In this document: one piece after another, positions 18,134 through 26,471 of the stretch
Position numbering within the stretch: the first letter of the stretch is position 1
Layout of the letters: the number at the start of each line of letters is the position of its first letter
IMG/VR virus record: IMGVR_UViG_2687453785_000009
Length of the DNA: 64,000 nucleotides
Strand: one strand, 5' to 3'
DNA from: a virus
Lineage: Duplodnaviria; Caudoviricetes
The notes under the pieces: model-generated
Seen by the model: the letters and a program-made list of their open reading frames with translations, nothing else
The model's database searches: none
What the model was told of the DNA's origin: nothing
Made by a program: the position numbers and the translations under genes

Positions 18134-18647
18134 GCGCAGCTACCTCTCTGCCGCAGTGCTGGCCCTGGTCATGGCGGGTGCTTCGGCGCCGGCCATCATG
18201 GACCAGTACCTGCTGGAGAAGGAAAGCAGCGGCATTACGCCGCTCAAGGCCTACCAGGATGGTGCGCGGATCTGGACTGTCTGCGACGGCAAGACCGAAG
18301 GGGTTACCCGTTCCACGGTGATGACCAAGGCTCAGTGCGATGCCTGGCGCCAGACCGAAATCGGCCAGCGCCTGCAGCACGTCCACTCGATCATCAAAGT
18401 GCCCATGAGTGAGCCCGCCTGGGCTGGCGTGGGCAGCTGGTGTTTCAACGTGGGCAACACTGGGTGCGCGAAGGCCACCACCGTGAAGCTGATCAATCAG
18501 GGCCAGCAGGCCGCCGGATGCAAGGCGATTCTGCACTGGCGCTTCATTACCCGTGACGGCAAGAAGGTCGATTGCTCTACCAAGCAGCCTTATTGCACCG
18601 GTTTGTGGGACCGGCGGAACGGAGAAGCGGAGCTGTGCGCGCTATGA
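18126..18647 (+). CDS. GH24 lysozyme, probable SAR endolysin
   Basis: Weakly hydrophobic N-terminus; E..AYQD..IWTVCDG, FNVG, GLWDRR..EAELC. Confidence 0.92.
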   Translation: MNKRSYLSAAVLALVMAGASAPAIMDQYLLEKESSGITPLKAYQDGARIWTVCDGKTEGVTRSTVMTKAQCDAWRQTEIGQRLQHVHSIIKVPMSEPAWAGVGSWCFNVGNTGCAKATTVKLINQGQQAAGCKAILHWRFITRDGKKVDCSTKQPYCTGLWDRRNGEAELCAL

Positions 18648-19024
18648 CAATCGACCCTGTGCGCTGTATCGCCCTGCTGCTGGTTTCCGTGCTGAGCGTG
18701 GCAACTGGCTGGCAGGTCCGTGACTGGAAGGCTGGCAGCGATGAAACCGCCCGCCTGGAGCGAAAAGCCGAGGCTGATGCCATGGCCCGCGAACTCATCG
18801 CCGGTGTGGCCGAGAAGACCCTGGCCGCCATCGACGGCATCAAGGTGGTGAACACCACCATCTACCAGAAGACCCGCCATGAAATTACGCGCGACCCTGT
18901 TTACGTTGATTGCCGCATTCCTGCTGACGGGGTGCTGCTCATCAACGACGCGAGATCCGGTGCTGATCGATCAGGCGCTGCTGCGCCCGTGTCCGGATCT
19001 TCCTCAACTTCAGCAGGCCGATGA
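18644..19024 (+). CDS. i-spanin (Rz-like)
   Basis: N-terminal TM plus GWQVRDW; follows endolysin. Confidence 0.8.
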   Translation: MTIDPVRCIALLLVSVLSVATGWQVRDWKAGSDETARLERKAEADAMARELIAGVAEKTLAAIDGIKVVNTTIYQKTRHEITRDPVYVDCRIPADGVLLINDARSGADRSGAAAPVSGSSSTSAGR

Positions 19025-19136
19025 CGGCACCGCCGCCATGGGTGAGCTGGTCCTGGCCGATGTCGCCAGTTCCGGGCAGTACCTTGAGTGCCAAAGGCTG
19101 CACCAGGGGCTGATCGAAGCGGTAAAAATCAAGTAA
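18879..19136 (+). CDS. o-spanin lipoprotein (Rz1-like), overlapping Rz
   Basis: Lipobox LLTGC; PCPDLP...YLECQRLH; alternative frame of Rz. Confidence 0.8.
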   Translation: MKLRATLFTLIAAFLLTGCCSSTTRDPVLIDQALLRPCPDLPQLQQADDGTAAMGELVLADVASSGQYLECQRLHQGLIEAVKIK

Positions 19137-19153
19137 CCGACAAGGGGGCTTCC

Positions 19154-19486
19154 ATGTCAAAGCGTCAAGTTTACCTTCCGCATGAGCTGCGATCCGGCCG
19201 TACCGTATTCATCGTGACGGCCGACTACTGCATTGGCCAGGGGCCCAGTTACGGCGTTGCGGAATACCTGATCACCAGTGCGCGTGAGCCGCAGCCAGAG
19301 TCCGGCACTCGCCACCCATACCGCATGCACCCGAAAATCGCAGCGTATGCACACGATGTGACCGACCTTTTCCGCACTCGGCGCGGTGCTACGCGAGAAG
19401 CGGCACGCCGTCAGGCCTGTGATGCCCGACAAATCGCACAGCGCAACGCCGTGAAGGCAACAATGCGCCGGGGGATGTCCAAATGA
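19154..19486 (+). CDS. Hypothetical protein
   Basis: ORF with RBS; coupled to next gene. Confidence 0.65.
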   Translation: MSKRQVYLPHELRSGRTVFIVTADYCIGQGPSYGVAEYLITSAREPQPESGTRHPYRMHPKIAAYAHDVTDLFRTRRGATREAARRQACDARQIAQRNAVKATMRRGMSK

Positions 19487-19920
19487 ATCAGGACGACACC
19501 CAGCTGAGCGCCGAGCAGGTCGCCAATTCGCTCCAGGGCAAAACCCTGGCTGAGATCTTCGACGAAGGTCCGCGCAAGCTATTCATCACGCGCAATATCC
19601 CCGGGCATGGCACTTACCGCCTGTACATCAGTCGCCCGTTTGGCGTGGTTAAGCCTGCCGGCCTGCGCTGGCGCGTGCAGATCAATGTCCAGTACGAGGG
19701 CAAGGAAGAGCTGCACAGCGTCAATGACGGCGTGATCATTGTCCCGCTGGTCATGCTCGGAGCTGTCATCGTCGACGCTGATGAGCAGATGAGCGAGCAC
19801 ATCAAGGCTAATCGCCAGGTTGCCGCCCAGGTGCGCCGTGAGGCCATGAAGGCGCTGCAGCCGGAGGCGTTGGTGGTTGAGCCCATGACCATGGGGCGCC
19901 AGGGTGTGCTAGATGCCTGA
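19483..19920 (+). CDS. Hypothetical protein
   Basis: Coupled ORF. Confidence 0.65.
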   Translation: MNQDDTQLSAEQVANSLQGKTLAEIFDEGPRKLFITRNIPGHGTYRLYISRPFGVVKPAGLRWRVQINVQYEGKEELHSVNDGVIIVPLVMLGAVIVDADEQMSEHIKANRQVAAQVRREAMKALQPEALVVEPMTMGRQGVLDA

Positions 19921-20524
19921 GCAGAAAGCCCAGGCCCCGGCTCCAGACTGGGAGCGCATCGGCATTGATTACCGCGCAGGCATCTTGTCTGTGCGCGAGA
20001 TTGCCGCTGCGCACGGGGTAAGCCATACCGCCATCCAGAAGCGCGCCAAGGCCCATGGATGGGAGCGTGACCTAAAAGCCAAGATCCAAGCCAAGGCTGA
20101 CGCACTGGTTGCCAAGCGCGAGGTTGCCAGCAAGGTTGCCACGGTAGACGCGGCAACCGAGAAGGGGATTATCGAGGGTGTGGCAACTGCCGTGGCTGAC
20201 ATTCGGATGTCGCACCGCACGGATATTCAGCGGTCCAGGCGCCTGGCCAACAGCCTGCTGGATGAGCTCGAAGGCCTCAGCGACAACCGTGAGCTGTTCG
20301 CGCAACTGGGTGAGCTGCTGACAGATCCTGAAGCTGACCGCGACACACTGAGCGAGCTGTACCACAAGGTCATCGCGTTGCCAGGCCGGTCGAAGGTGCT
20401 CAAGGAAATGTCCGACACCTTGAAGACGCTGGTTGCCCTGGAGCGCCAAGCCTACAGCATGGACGAGCAGCAGCACGATGAGCCGTATGAGGCGCGACTG
20501 AAGCGGCTGATGGGTGAGGACTGA
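19913..20524 (+). CDS. Putative terminase small subunit (HTH)
   Basis: DWERI..DYRAG.LSVREIA..HGVSHTAIQKRAK..GW; LVALERQAY. Confidence 0.7.
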   Translation: MPEQKAQAPAPDWERIGIDYRAGILSVREIAAAHGVSHTAIQKRAKAHGWERDLKAKIQAKADALVAKREVASKVATVDAATEKGIIEGVATAVADIRMSHRTDIQRSRRLANSLLDELEGLSDNRELFAQLGELLTDPEADRDTLSELYHKVIALPGRSKVLKEMSDTLKTLVALERQAYSMDEQQHDEPYEARLKRLMGED

Positions 20525-20571
20525 AAGCGCGCCACACTTTTGGTAATGCGCAAAACGTGGCGCGAACAAAT

Positions 20572-20597
20572 AAGCCTGGCCCTGTGCTGGGCTTTTT
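20572..20597 (+). terminator. Rho-independent terminator
   Basis: AAGCCTGGC-CCTGT-GCTGGGCTTTTT. Confidence 0.7.
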
Positions 20598-20603
20598 CAT
20601 GCC

Positions 20604-20631
20604 TTGCCATCGCTACGCAGTGACATAGCGT
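20604..20631 (+). promoter_or_regulatory. Late promoter motif copy 2
   Basis: TTGC-N11-AGTGACATAGCGT. Confidence 0.7.
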
Positions 20632-20667
20632 CACCCGGCATTAGGAAATAACCGAGGCACAACCCCC

Positions 20668-21270
20668 ATGGCTCCTGAAGTCGAGTTGACGATAGTTCGC
20701 GGCAAAACGCTGGAGTTAGCGTTTCAGTACGCCGACGAAGAGCTGCTATACCGGCCAATAACTAGCATGCCGAGCAAGGCACCTGTTCGCCTGGGCTCTG
20801 CGACACACGGAATACCTGACGGCTGGCCTGTGCGTATTGAGTCAGTTTCTTCGCCAGCTGAACTCAATACGCCAGAAGGCGAATCAATAGCAGCCAAGCG
20901 TGTAGATGCCGACACGATTGAGTTGAACTCAGAAAATGGCAGCACCTGGCGCAGCTTATCAGCGGGAGGCGTGCTGGTATTCAATACGCCGGTGGAGCTG
21001 GCTGGCTGGCAGGCACGCGCTGCCGTGCGTGATCGAGTTGGCGGCACCCTGCAGTTCACTTGGGACTCCAATGCACTGAATACCCCTGATGCGCTCATTA
21101 CGGTCGACCTGGCCGCGCACGCTTTCGTGCTGCACATGAGCGCAGACCAGGCTGCAGCCCTGACCTGGAGCAAAGGCGTGTGGGAGTTGGAGGCGATTGA
21201 TCCTACCGGCCGCGTCTATCAAGTGATCGGCGTCAGCAAAGTGATGGTCAGCAGCGAGGTGGTCATCTAG
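20668..21270 (+). CDS. Virion accessory protein
   Basis: Beta-rich; GVWELEA C-terminal motif of BppU-like adaptors. Confidence 0.6.
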   Translation: MAPEVELTIVRGKTLELAFQYADEELLYRPITSMPSKAPVRLGSATHGIPDGWPVRIESVSSPAELNTPEGESIAAKRVDADTIELNSENGSTWRSLSAGGVLVFNTPVELAGWQARAAVRDRVGGTLQFTWDSNALNTPDALITVDLAAHAFVLHMSADQAAALTWSKGVWELEAIDPTGRVYQVIGVSKVMVSSEVVI

Positions 21271-21614
21271 TGGGCCTGCTTACAGTGCGCGGCTCCGGCG
21301 ATGGCCGGGTGGTGATTGTTGCTGACCGCAGCAGCTCGCGCGTGGTTGCAGGCCTTCGCCAGCAGACTTCAACAAAAGCTGTGATCGCCGCAGGGCAGCG
21401 GGGCGCACCGGGCGCCAGTGCAGCTGCATATCAGCACAACCAGCCGTCAGCGACAGACACCTGGATCATCAACCACAACCTTGGCTATCGGCCAGTGGTT
21501 GGGCTTTTCACTGTGGGCGGTGTGCTCATGCTGGCCAACGTGCAACACATCGACACCAACCAGGCTCGCGCCTTCTTCGACGGGCCGGTTGCCGGCTATG
21601 CCGTCTGTTCCTAA
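21270..21614 (+). CDS. Virion accessory protein
   Basis: GQRGAPG linker; TWIINHNLG motif. Confidence 0.65.
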   Translation: MGLLTVRGSGDGRVVIVADRSSSRVVAGLRQQTSTKAVIAAGQRGAPGASAAAYQHNQPSATDTWIINHNLGYRPVVGLFTVGGVLMLANVQHIDTNQARAFFDGPVAGYAVCS

Positions 21615-21629
21615 CAGGAGTAACACCCT

Positions 21630-22421
21630 ATGACTCTTGACGTTCAAACCAGCCTGGATATGGGCAGTGCCCGTAAAATCCTCAACTTGCCAACGCCAAC
21701 CAACCCCGGCGATGCGGTACCCAAGTCATACGTCGACTCAGCTGTAGAGGGTTTGTCGTGGAAGGACAGCGTGCGCGTGGCGGCGCAGGTCAACGTAACG
21801 GTAGCGTCACCTGGGGCATCCATCGACGGCATCGCCATGGTGGCCAACGACCGGGTGTTGCTGGGTAACCAGACCAGCACCCCGGAAAAGGGCATCTATA
21901 TCTGGAACGGCGCAGCGGTCCCAATGACTCGCGCCCTCGATGCCAGCACCAGTGATGAGCTGGAAAACGCCGTGGTTGGCGTCGAAGAAGGCACCAGTGT
22001 TGGCACGACCTACCGTCAGACCACCGTTAATTTTGTGCTCGGCACCGGCAGCCCAGTGTTTACCACGTTCGGCACCAGTGCCCCTGCGGCGAGCGAGGCC
22101 ACGGCGGGCATCGCCGAGATTGCCACCCAGCCAGAGGTCGATGCGCTTACCGATGACGCACGGTTTATCACGCCGCTGAAACTGGCCAACTGGTCCGGGC
22201 GCAGCAAGAAGTTCTCGCAGGTAATCGGCGATGCCGCGGCCACCAGCATCACTGTGACGCACAACCTCAACAGCCGCGATGTACATACCGAGGTCTACCG
22301 AAACTCGGGCAATTACGACTCGGTGATGGTGGAAACCCGGCGCACATCGGTCAATGCGGTGACCCTGGTGTTCGACAACGCGCCGGCGCTTAACTCCTTC
22401 GTTGTTGTGGTGCGGGCATAA
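21630..22421 (+). CDS. Fibre/appendage protein
   Basis: DAVPKSYVD, DRVLL..Q...GIY, AGIAEIATQ, ITPLKL fibre motifs. Confidence 0.75.
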   Translation: MTLDVQTSLDMGSARKILNLPTPTNPGDAVPKSYVDSAVEGLSWKDSVRVAAQVNVTVASPGASIDGIAMVANDRVLLGNQTSTPEKGIYIWNGAAVPMTRALDASTSDELENAVVGVEEGTSVGTTYRQTTVNFVLGTGSPVFTTFGTSAPAASEATAGIAEIATQPEVDALTDDARFITPLKLANWSGRSKKFSQVIGDAAATSITVTHNLNSRDVHTEVYRNSGNYDSVMVETRRTSVNAVTLVFDNAPALNSFVVVVRA

Positions 22422-22424
22422 CCA

Positions 22425-23219
22425 ATGGCTACGGAAGCGCAGGGTGATATCCAGCTGGGCGGGCTGAGCGCCTTCTACGACCTGGTAGCGCTCGCGCCGC
22501 CTGCCGCAGGTGCACTCAACCTTAATGCGCCGCAGGAAACGGTGGTTGTTTCGCTCGATCAGAACGTAACCGCCATCACCATGCCGGCCGGCGTTACGGG
22601 GCGCGCCCTGAACAAACGCATCGTGTTCGTGCAGACCGGCGCCGGCAACTTTACCGTGGCCGGATGGGCAGCAGCAGGCGTTGCTGTTGAGGGCAATGCG
22701 CCCGAGCCGGCACTGGCCACCGGGGCCGGCGCTGTCACCGAGATTATCCTGACGAATGTGCATAACCAGGGATGGCGCATGTACATCGACACGTCGGGAT
22801 CAGCCACCTATGGCGAGGCAAACACGGCCGCCAATATTGGCTCCGGCTCTGGCATTTACGAGGGCAAGAGCGGCGTACAGCTGCGCTTCAAGTCACTGAA
22901 AGCCGGTGCCGGGGTAACCCTAACGCCCGATGCAGACAGCATCACCATTTCCGCCGATGGTGGTGGGGGCGGCGGATCTGGTGACGTTGTGTCGACCAGC
23001 CTTGGCGATATGGTTTTCGGTACAGGTAGCGCGCCGTATGGTGCGCCGGTTGGCGCTTCACTGATCCAGCAGTCCTATAACAGCGTTGAGCAGACGATCA
23101 TCGTGCTTGGCATCGTTGATTTCAGTGACGTGGCGAGCCAAACCACCGGCATGCAGATCGGCTATGCCACGACAAGCAACACGCTCGTTTATCGCTATTA
23201 CAGACAGGAGCCCATCTAA
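22425..23219 (+). CDS. Fibre-associated protein
   Basis: G/A/T-rich; LRFKSLKAGAGVTL motif; poly-G hinge. Confidence 0.6.
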   Translation: MATEAQGDIQLGGLSAFYDLVALAPPAAGALNLNAPQETVVVSLDQNVTAITMPAGVTGRALNKRIVFVQTGAGNFTVAGWAAAGVAVEGNAPEPALATGAGAVTEIILTNVHNQGWRMYIDTSGSATYGEANTAANIGSGSGIYEGKSGVQLRFKSLKAGAGVTLTPDADSITISADGGGGGGSGDVVSTSLGDMVFGTGSAPYGAPVGASLIQQSYNSVEQTIIVLGIVDFSDVASQTTGMQIGYATTSNTLVYRYYRQEPI

Positions 23220-23821
23220 TGGCCTACGGATGGAGTACTTGGATGGCAGTGACCGCTGCGCCACCAGCGAAGGCGGACAGCTCGGAAGCGCTGCTGGGCA
23301 CAAACGATACGAAATACATCACCCCGCTTGGGCTGGATGCTGTGCTTGATGTGCGCCTGCCGCTGGCTGCAGTCATCAAGCGGATGACGGCCACACAAGC
23401 CAGTAGCTCGACGACTCCAGCGAACATCACCGAGCTATTCGCAGCGATGGAGGCGAATGCGGTCTACGAGGTTGAGGCTTTTGTTACCTTTCAGAGTGCG
23501 GCGACAACCACCGGCCTGGGCCTTGGGTTTACGTCGCCGACCGGCTGCAGGCCGCAGCTTGAAATTACTGTGCCGATCACCTCGACGGCGGCAGCATCAC
23601 AGTTTCGTACTATCTTCCCGAATGCGACGGCACTGGAGTCTGGCGAAGTGCTGAGCACGGGCGTAACCGCCATCAACAGCAACCACACGGCGCATGTCCG
23701 AGGCGTTATTGCCAACGGGGCAAATGCCGGCAACTTCCAGCTGCGCTTCCGTAGTGAGGTGGCAAGCTCTGCCATTACGCTGCAGATCGGCTCGACGCTG
23801 ATCCTCCGCAAAATCGGGTAA
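23219..23821 (+). CDS. Fibre-like protein
   Basis: GTNDTKYITPL fibre motif plus jelly-roll-like C-terminus. Confidence 0.65.
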   Translation: MAYGWSTWMAVTAAPPAKADSSEALLGTNDTKYITPLGLDAVLDVRLPLAAVIKRMTATQASSSTTPANITELFAAMEANAVYEVEAFVTFQSAATTTGLGLGFTSPTGCRPQLEITVPITSTAAASQFRTIFPNATALESGEVLSTGVTAINSNHTAHVRGVIANGANAGNFQLRFRSEVASSAITLQIGSTLILRKIG

Positions 23822-23828
23822 CGTAACC

Positions 23829-24791
23829 ATGCTGATGCCGATACTTAAAGCCTCCGGGGGCCAATGGCCTGCTCCCGTCCCCCAGGCTAAGATTTTTGCC
23901 GGCTGGTCAGAGGCCCCATTCGTGCGCAAGTACGACGCCGACACCTGGGCATTGGAAAGCACGGGATTTAGCCTGACAGACGCATCGCCGCTTGCGATAT
24001 CACCAAGTAATTCACTGGTCGCCTACGTCGAGGGCAATCTAAAGGTCAGAAACCTGGCCAATGGCGCGCTTGTTTATTCGTGGCCGATCAGCGTGGGGGC
24101 TGCATCCGATATAGCATTCAGCCCTGATGGCTCAATGGTTGCTCTTGCCGGTAACAGTGACCTTTATCTTGAAGTCATTGAGCTGGCGACAGGTGCGTCA
24201 ATCTCGATCAGCTCGCGCCCGGACAGTCCACGCTCCGTGAAGTTCAACGCCAGTGGTACCCGGCTGGCCGTTGGTGGGGTCGGCGCAACCAAGATTCAGG
24301 TTTATAGGGTCAGCGACTGGGCGACGTTGTGGACAAGCACCACCTTCGGCAACTGCTGGGGGCTCACGTTTAGCCCTGACGATGCCCGGCTTTATGCCGC
24401 CAGGTCGGCAAACCCTGCGGTGCGGGCGTTAAACCCCGACACGGGAGCCTTGCTTGGAACAACCTACGCGCCATCCTTTTCGGCTGTAGGCACGTCACAG
24501 GCGCGAGTTCGCGTTAATCCTGCCGGTACGCAAATGGCCGTAGCTATGGACAACTACCCAGGATTGGCGCTGTTCACAATCAATAGCCCAACCAGCTTCA
24601 CGCGAGTAGGCGCCGCCAATATCGATACGTCCACGGCTGGGCTGATTGAATACTTGGCGGATGGATCGCAGATAGCAGTGGCAGACCTTGATAGCGGGCT
24701 GGCGCTCTACAACACCACTACCTTTGCCCGTAACGTGCTCAATCCTTCAGGGATACTCACCGGCCTGGCCTGCAGCCCACTTGTGTCCTGA
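23829..24791 (+). CDS. WD40/YVTN-like beta-propeller protein
   Basis: Repeated AISPS, AFSPDG, KFNASG, TFSPDD, VNPAG blades. Confidence 0.8.
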   Translation: MLMPILKASGGQWPAPVPQAKIFAGWSEAPFVRKYDADTWALESTGFSLTDASPLAISPSNSLVAYVEGNLKVRNLANGALVYSWPISVGAASDIAFSPDGSMVALAGNSDLYLEVIELATGASISISSRPDSPRSVKFNASGTRLAVGGVGATKIQVYRVSDWATLWTSTTFGNCWGLTFSPDDARLYAARSANPAVRALNPDTGALLGTTYAPSFSAVGTSQARVRVNPAGTQMAVAMDNYPGLALFTINSPTSFTRVGAANIDTSTAGLIEYLADGSQIAVADLDSGLALYNTTTFARNVLNPSGILTGLACSPLVS

Positions 24792-24868
24792 CCCCCCTGT
24801 AGGGGGCGCCTGATAAAATAATTCCAGCATCCACCGCTGAAAAGTATGCACTGACCAAAGCGCAGGCA

Positions 24869-24897
24869 TAGACGAAAGATGTCCAGTGACATTGCCT
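24869..24897 (+). promoter_or_regulatory. Late promoter motif copy 3 (degenerate)
   Basis: TAGA-N12-AGTGACATTGCCT just before terL. Confidence 0.5.
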
Positions 24898-24925
24898 GCC
24901 CAGCATCACACCTGGGCACTGCTTT

Positions 24926-26470
24926 ATGTCGCAAGAAACCGATCAGTACCTGTCGCGCCTGATGGCTGATGACGAACTGTACTGCGCCAAGAATCTGAAG
25001 ATCCGCGACAAAAACGGCGAACTGCATTCGTTCATCTGGAATGAAGCGCAGCGCATGCTGCATGACCTGGTGGAGAAGCAGAAAGCCCAGCGCGGATGGG
25101 TGCGGGTACTGGTGCTGAAGGGCCGGCAGCAGGGAATCAGTACTTGGACGGCGGCCAGGTTCTACAAACGCACGTCGATGCAATTCGGCAAGCGCACCAT
25201 GATCATCACCCACCTCGATGCGGCTACGCAGAACCTGTTTGGCATCGCCAAAACCTACTTCGATCTGAGTGACGACACGCTGAAGCCTGCGGTAAAGGCC
25301 AACTCAGGAACGGAGCTGTCATTCTCGACGCTGCGCAGCGGCTACAAGGTGGCAACCGCCGGCAGCAAGAACGCCGGCCGATCGGACACGGTTCAATACC
25401 TGCACGGGTCCGAGTTCGCATTCTGGCCCAACGCCATCAACATCATGGCCGGCCTTGGCCAGACGGTTCCGCTTCTGCCCGGTACCGAGGTGATACTGGA
25501 GTCGACAGCCAACGGGCTGGCGAATATGTACCACAAGATGTGGGTACTGGCCGTTGCTGGCAAGTCTGACTACCTGGCAGTTTTCATCCCCTGGTTCATC
25601 CAGAAAGAGTATCGCCGCGAAGTACCTGCCGACTTCGAACTGACCGCAGAAGAAGTCGAATACATGGAGGCCTTCGGGCTTGACCATGAGCAGATGGCTT
25701 GGCGTCAGGCCAAGATCTCAACCGAGTTTGCGGGCGATTCTGCTTGGTTTGACCAGGAGTACCCAGCCACGCCAGACATGGCCTTCCAGCGCGTAGGGCA
25801 CCGGGCAATCGTCAATACCCTGGCCGTGGCCAAGGCTCGCAAGATCAATCCTGCTCACCTGAAAGCCATGGGCGCCCATGTGGTTGGTGTCGACCCAGCA
25901 CGCTTCGGCGATGACGACACGGCAATCATCCACCGACAGGGCCGAAAGGCTTGGGGCCTGAGGAAAATTCACGGCTACGACACCATGCAGGTGGCCGGCG
26001 TAGTGGTCCGCATGCTTGAGGATGACAAGACCATCAAGATGGTTTTTATCGACATTGGCGGCCTTGGTGCGGGCGTCTATGACCGACTGATTGAACTCGG
26101 CTATGGCGATCGCGTCACCGCGGTCAACTTCGGCAGTAGCGCTTCTGACGAGCGCAAATACTTCAACAAGCGCAGCGAAATGTGGGGGGAGGCTGCCGAG
26201 TGGATCGCAGACATCATCACGCCATGCCTGCCAGATGACGACGGCCTGCACGCAGACCTTACAGCCCCAGGTTACAGCCACAGCTCAAACGGCCAGATCA
26301 AGCTCGACTCCAAGGAGAAGATCAAAAAGGAACTCGGAAAGTCACCAGACGCGGGCGATGCCTTAGCGCTCACTTTTGCTTTGCCAGTTGCTTCCAGTGA
26401 CATAGAGATACCCGCATGGAAGCGGCGCCTGATGTCAGGACGAAGCCGAAAAACAGCGATGAGTGCGTGA
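24926..26470 (+). CDS. terL: Terminase large subunit
   Basis: LKGRQQGIST Walker A; LHGSEFAFW; LESTANG; GVDPAR.GDD; SPDAGDA. Confidence 0.95.
   Translation: MSQETDQYLSRLMADDELYCAKNLKIRDKNGELHSFIWNEAQRMLHDLVEKQKAQRGWVRVLVLKGRQQGISTWTAARFYKRTSMQFGKRTMIITHLDAATQNLFGIAKTYFDLSDDTLKPAVKANSGTELSFSTLRSGYKVATAGSKNAGRSDTVQYLHGSEFAFWPNAINIMAGLGQTVPLLPGTEVILESTANGLANMYHKMWVLAVAGKSDYLAVFIPWFIQKEYRREVPADFELTAEEVEYMEAFGLDHEQMAWRQAKISTEFAGDSAWFDQEYPATPDMAFQRVGHRAIVNTLAVAKARKINPAHLKAMGAHVVGVDPARFGDDDTAIIHRQGRKAWGLRKIHGYDTMQVAGVVVRMLEDDKTIKMVFIDIGGLGAGVYDRLIELGYGDRVTAVNFGSSASDERKYFNKRSEMWGEAAEWIADIITPCLPDDDGLHADLTAPGYSHSSNGQIKLDSKEKIKKELGKSPDAGDALALTFALPVASSDIEIPAWKRRLMSGRSRKTAMSA
26381..26408 (+). promoter_or_regulatory. 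Late promoter motif copy 4, inside terL 3' end
   Basis: TTGC-N11-AGTGACATAGAGA about 64 bp before the portal ATG. Confidence 0.55.
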
Positions 26471-26471
26471 A

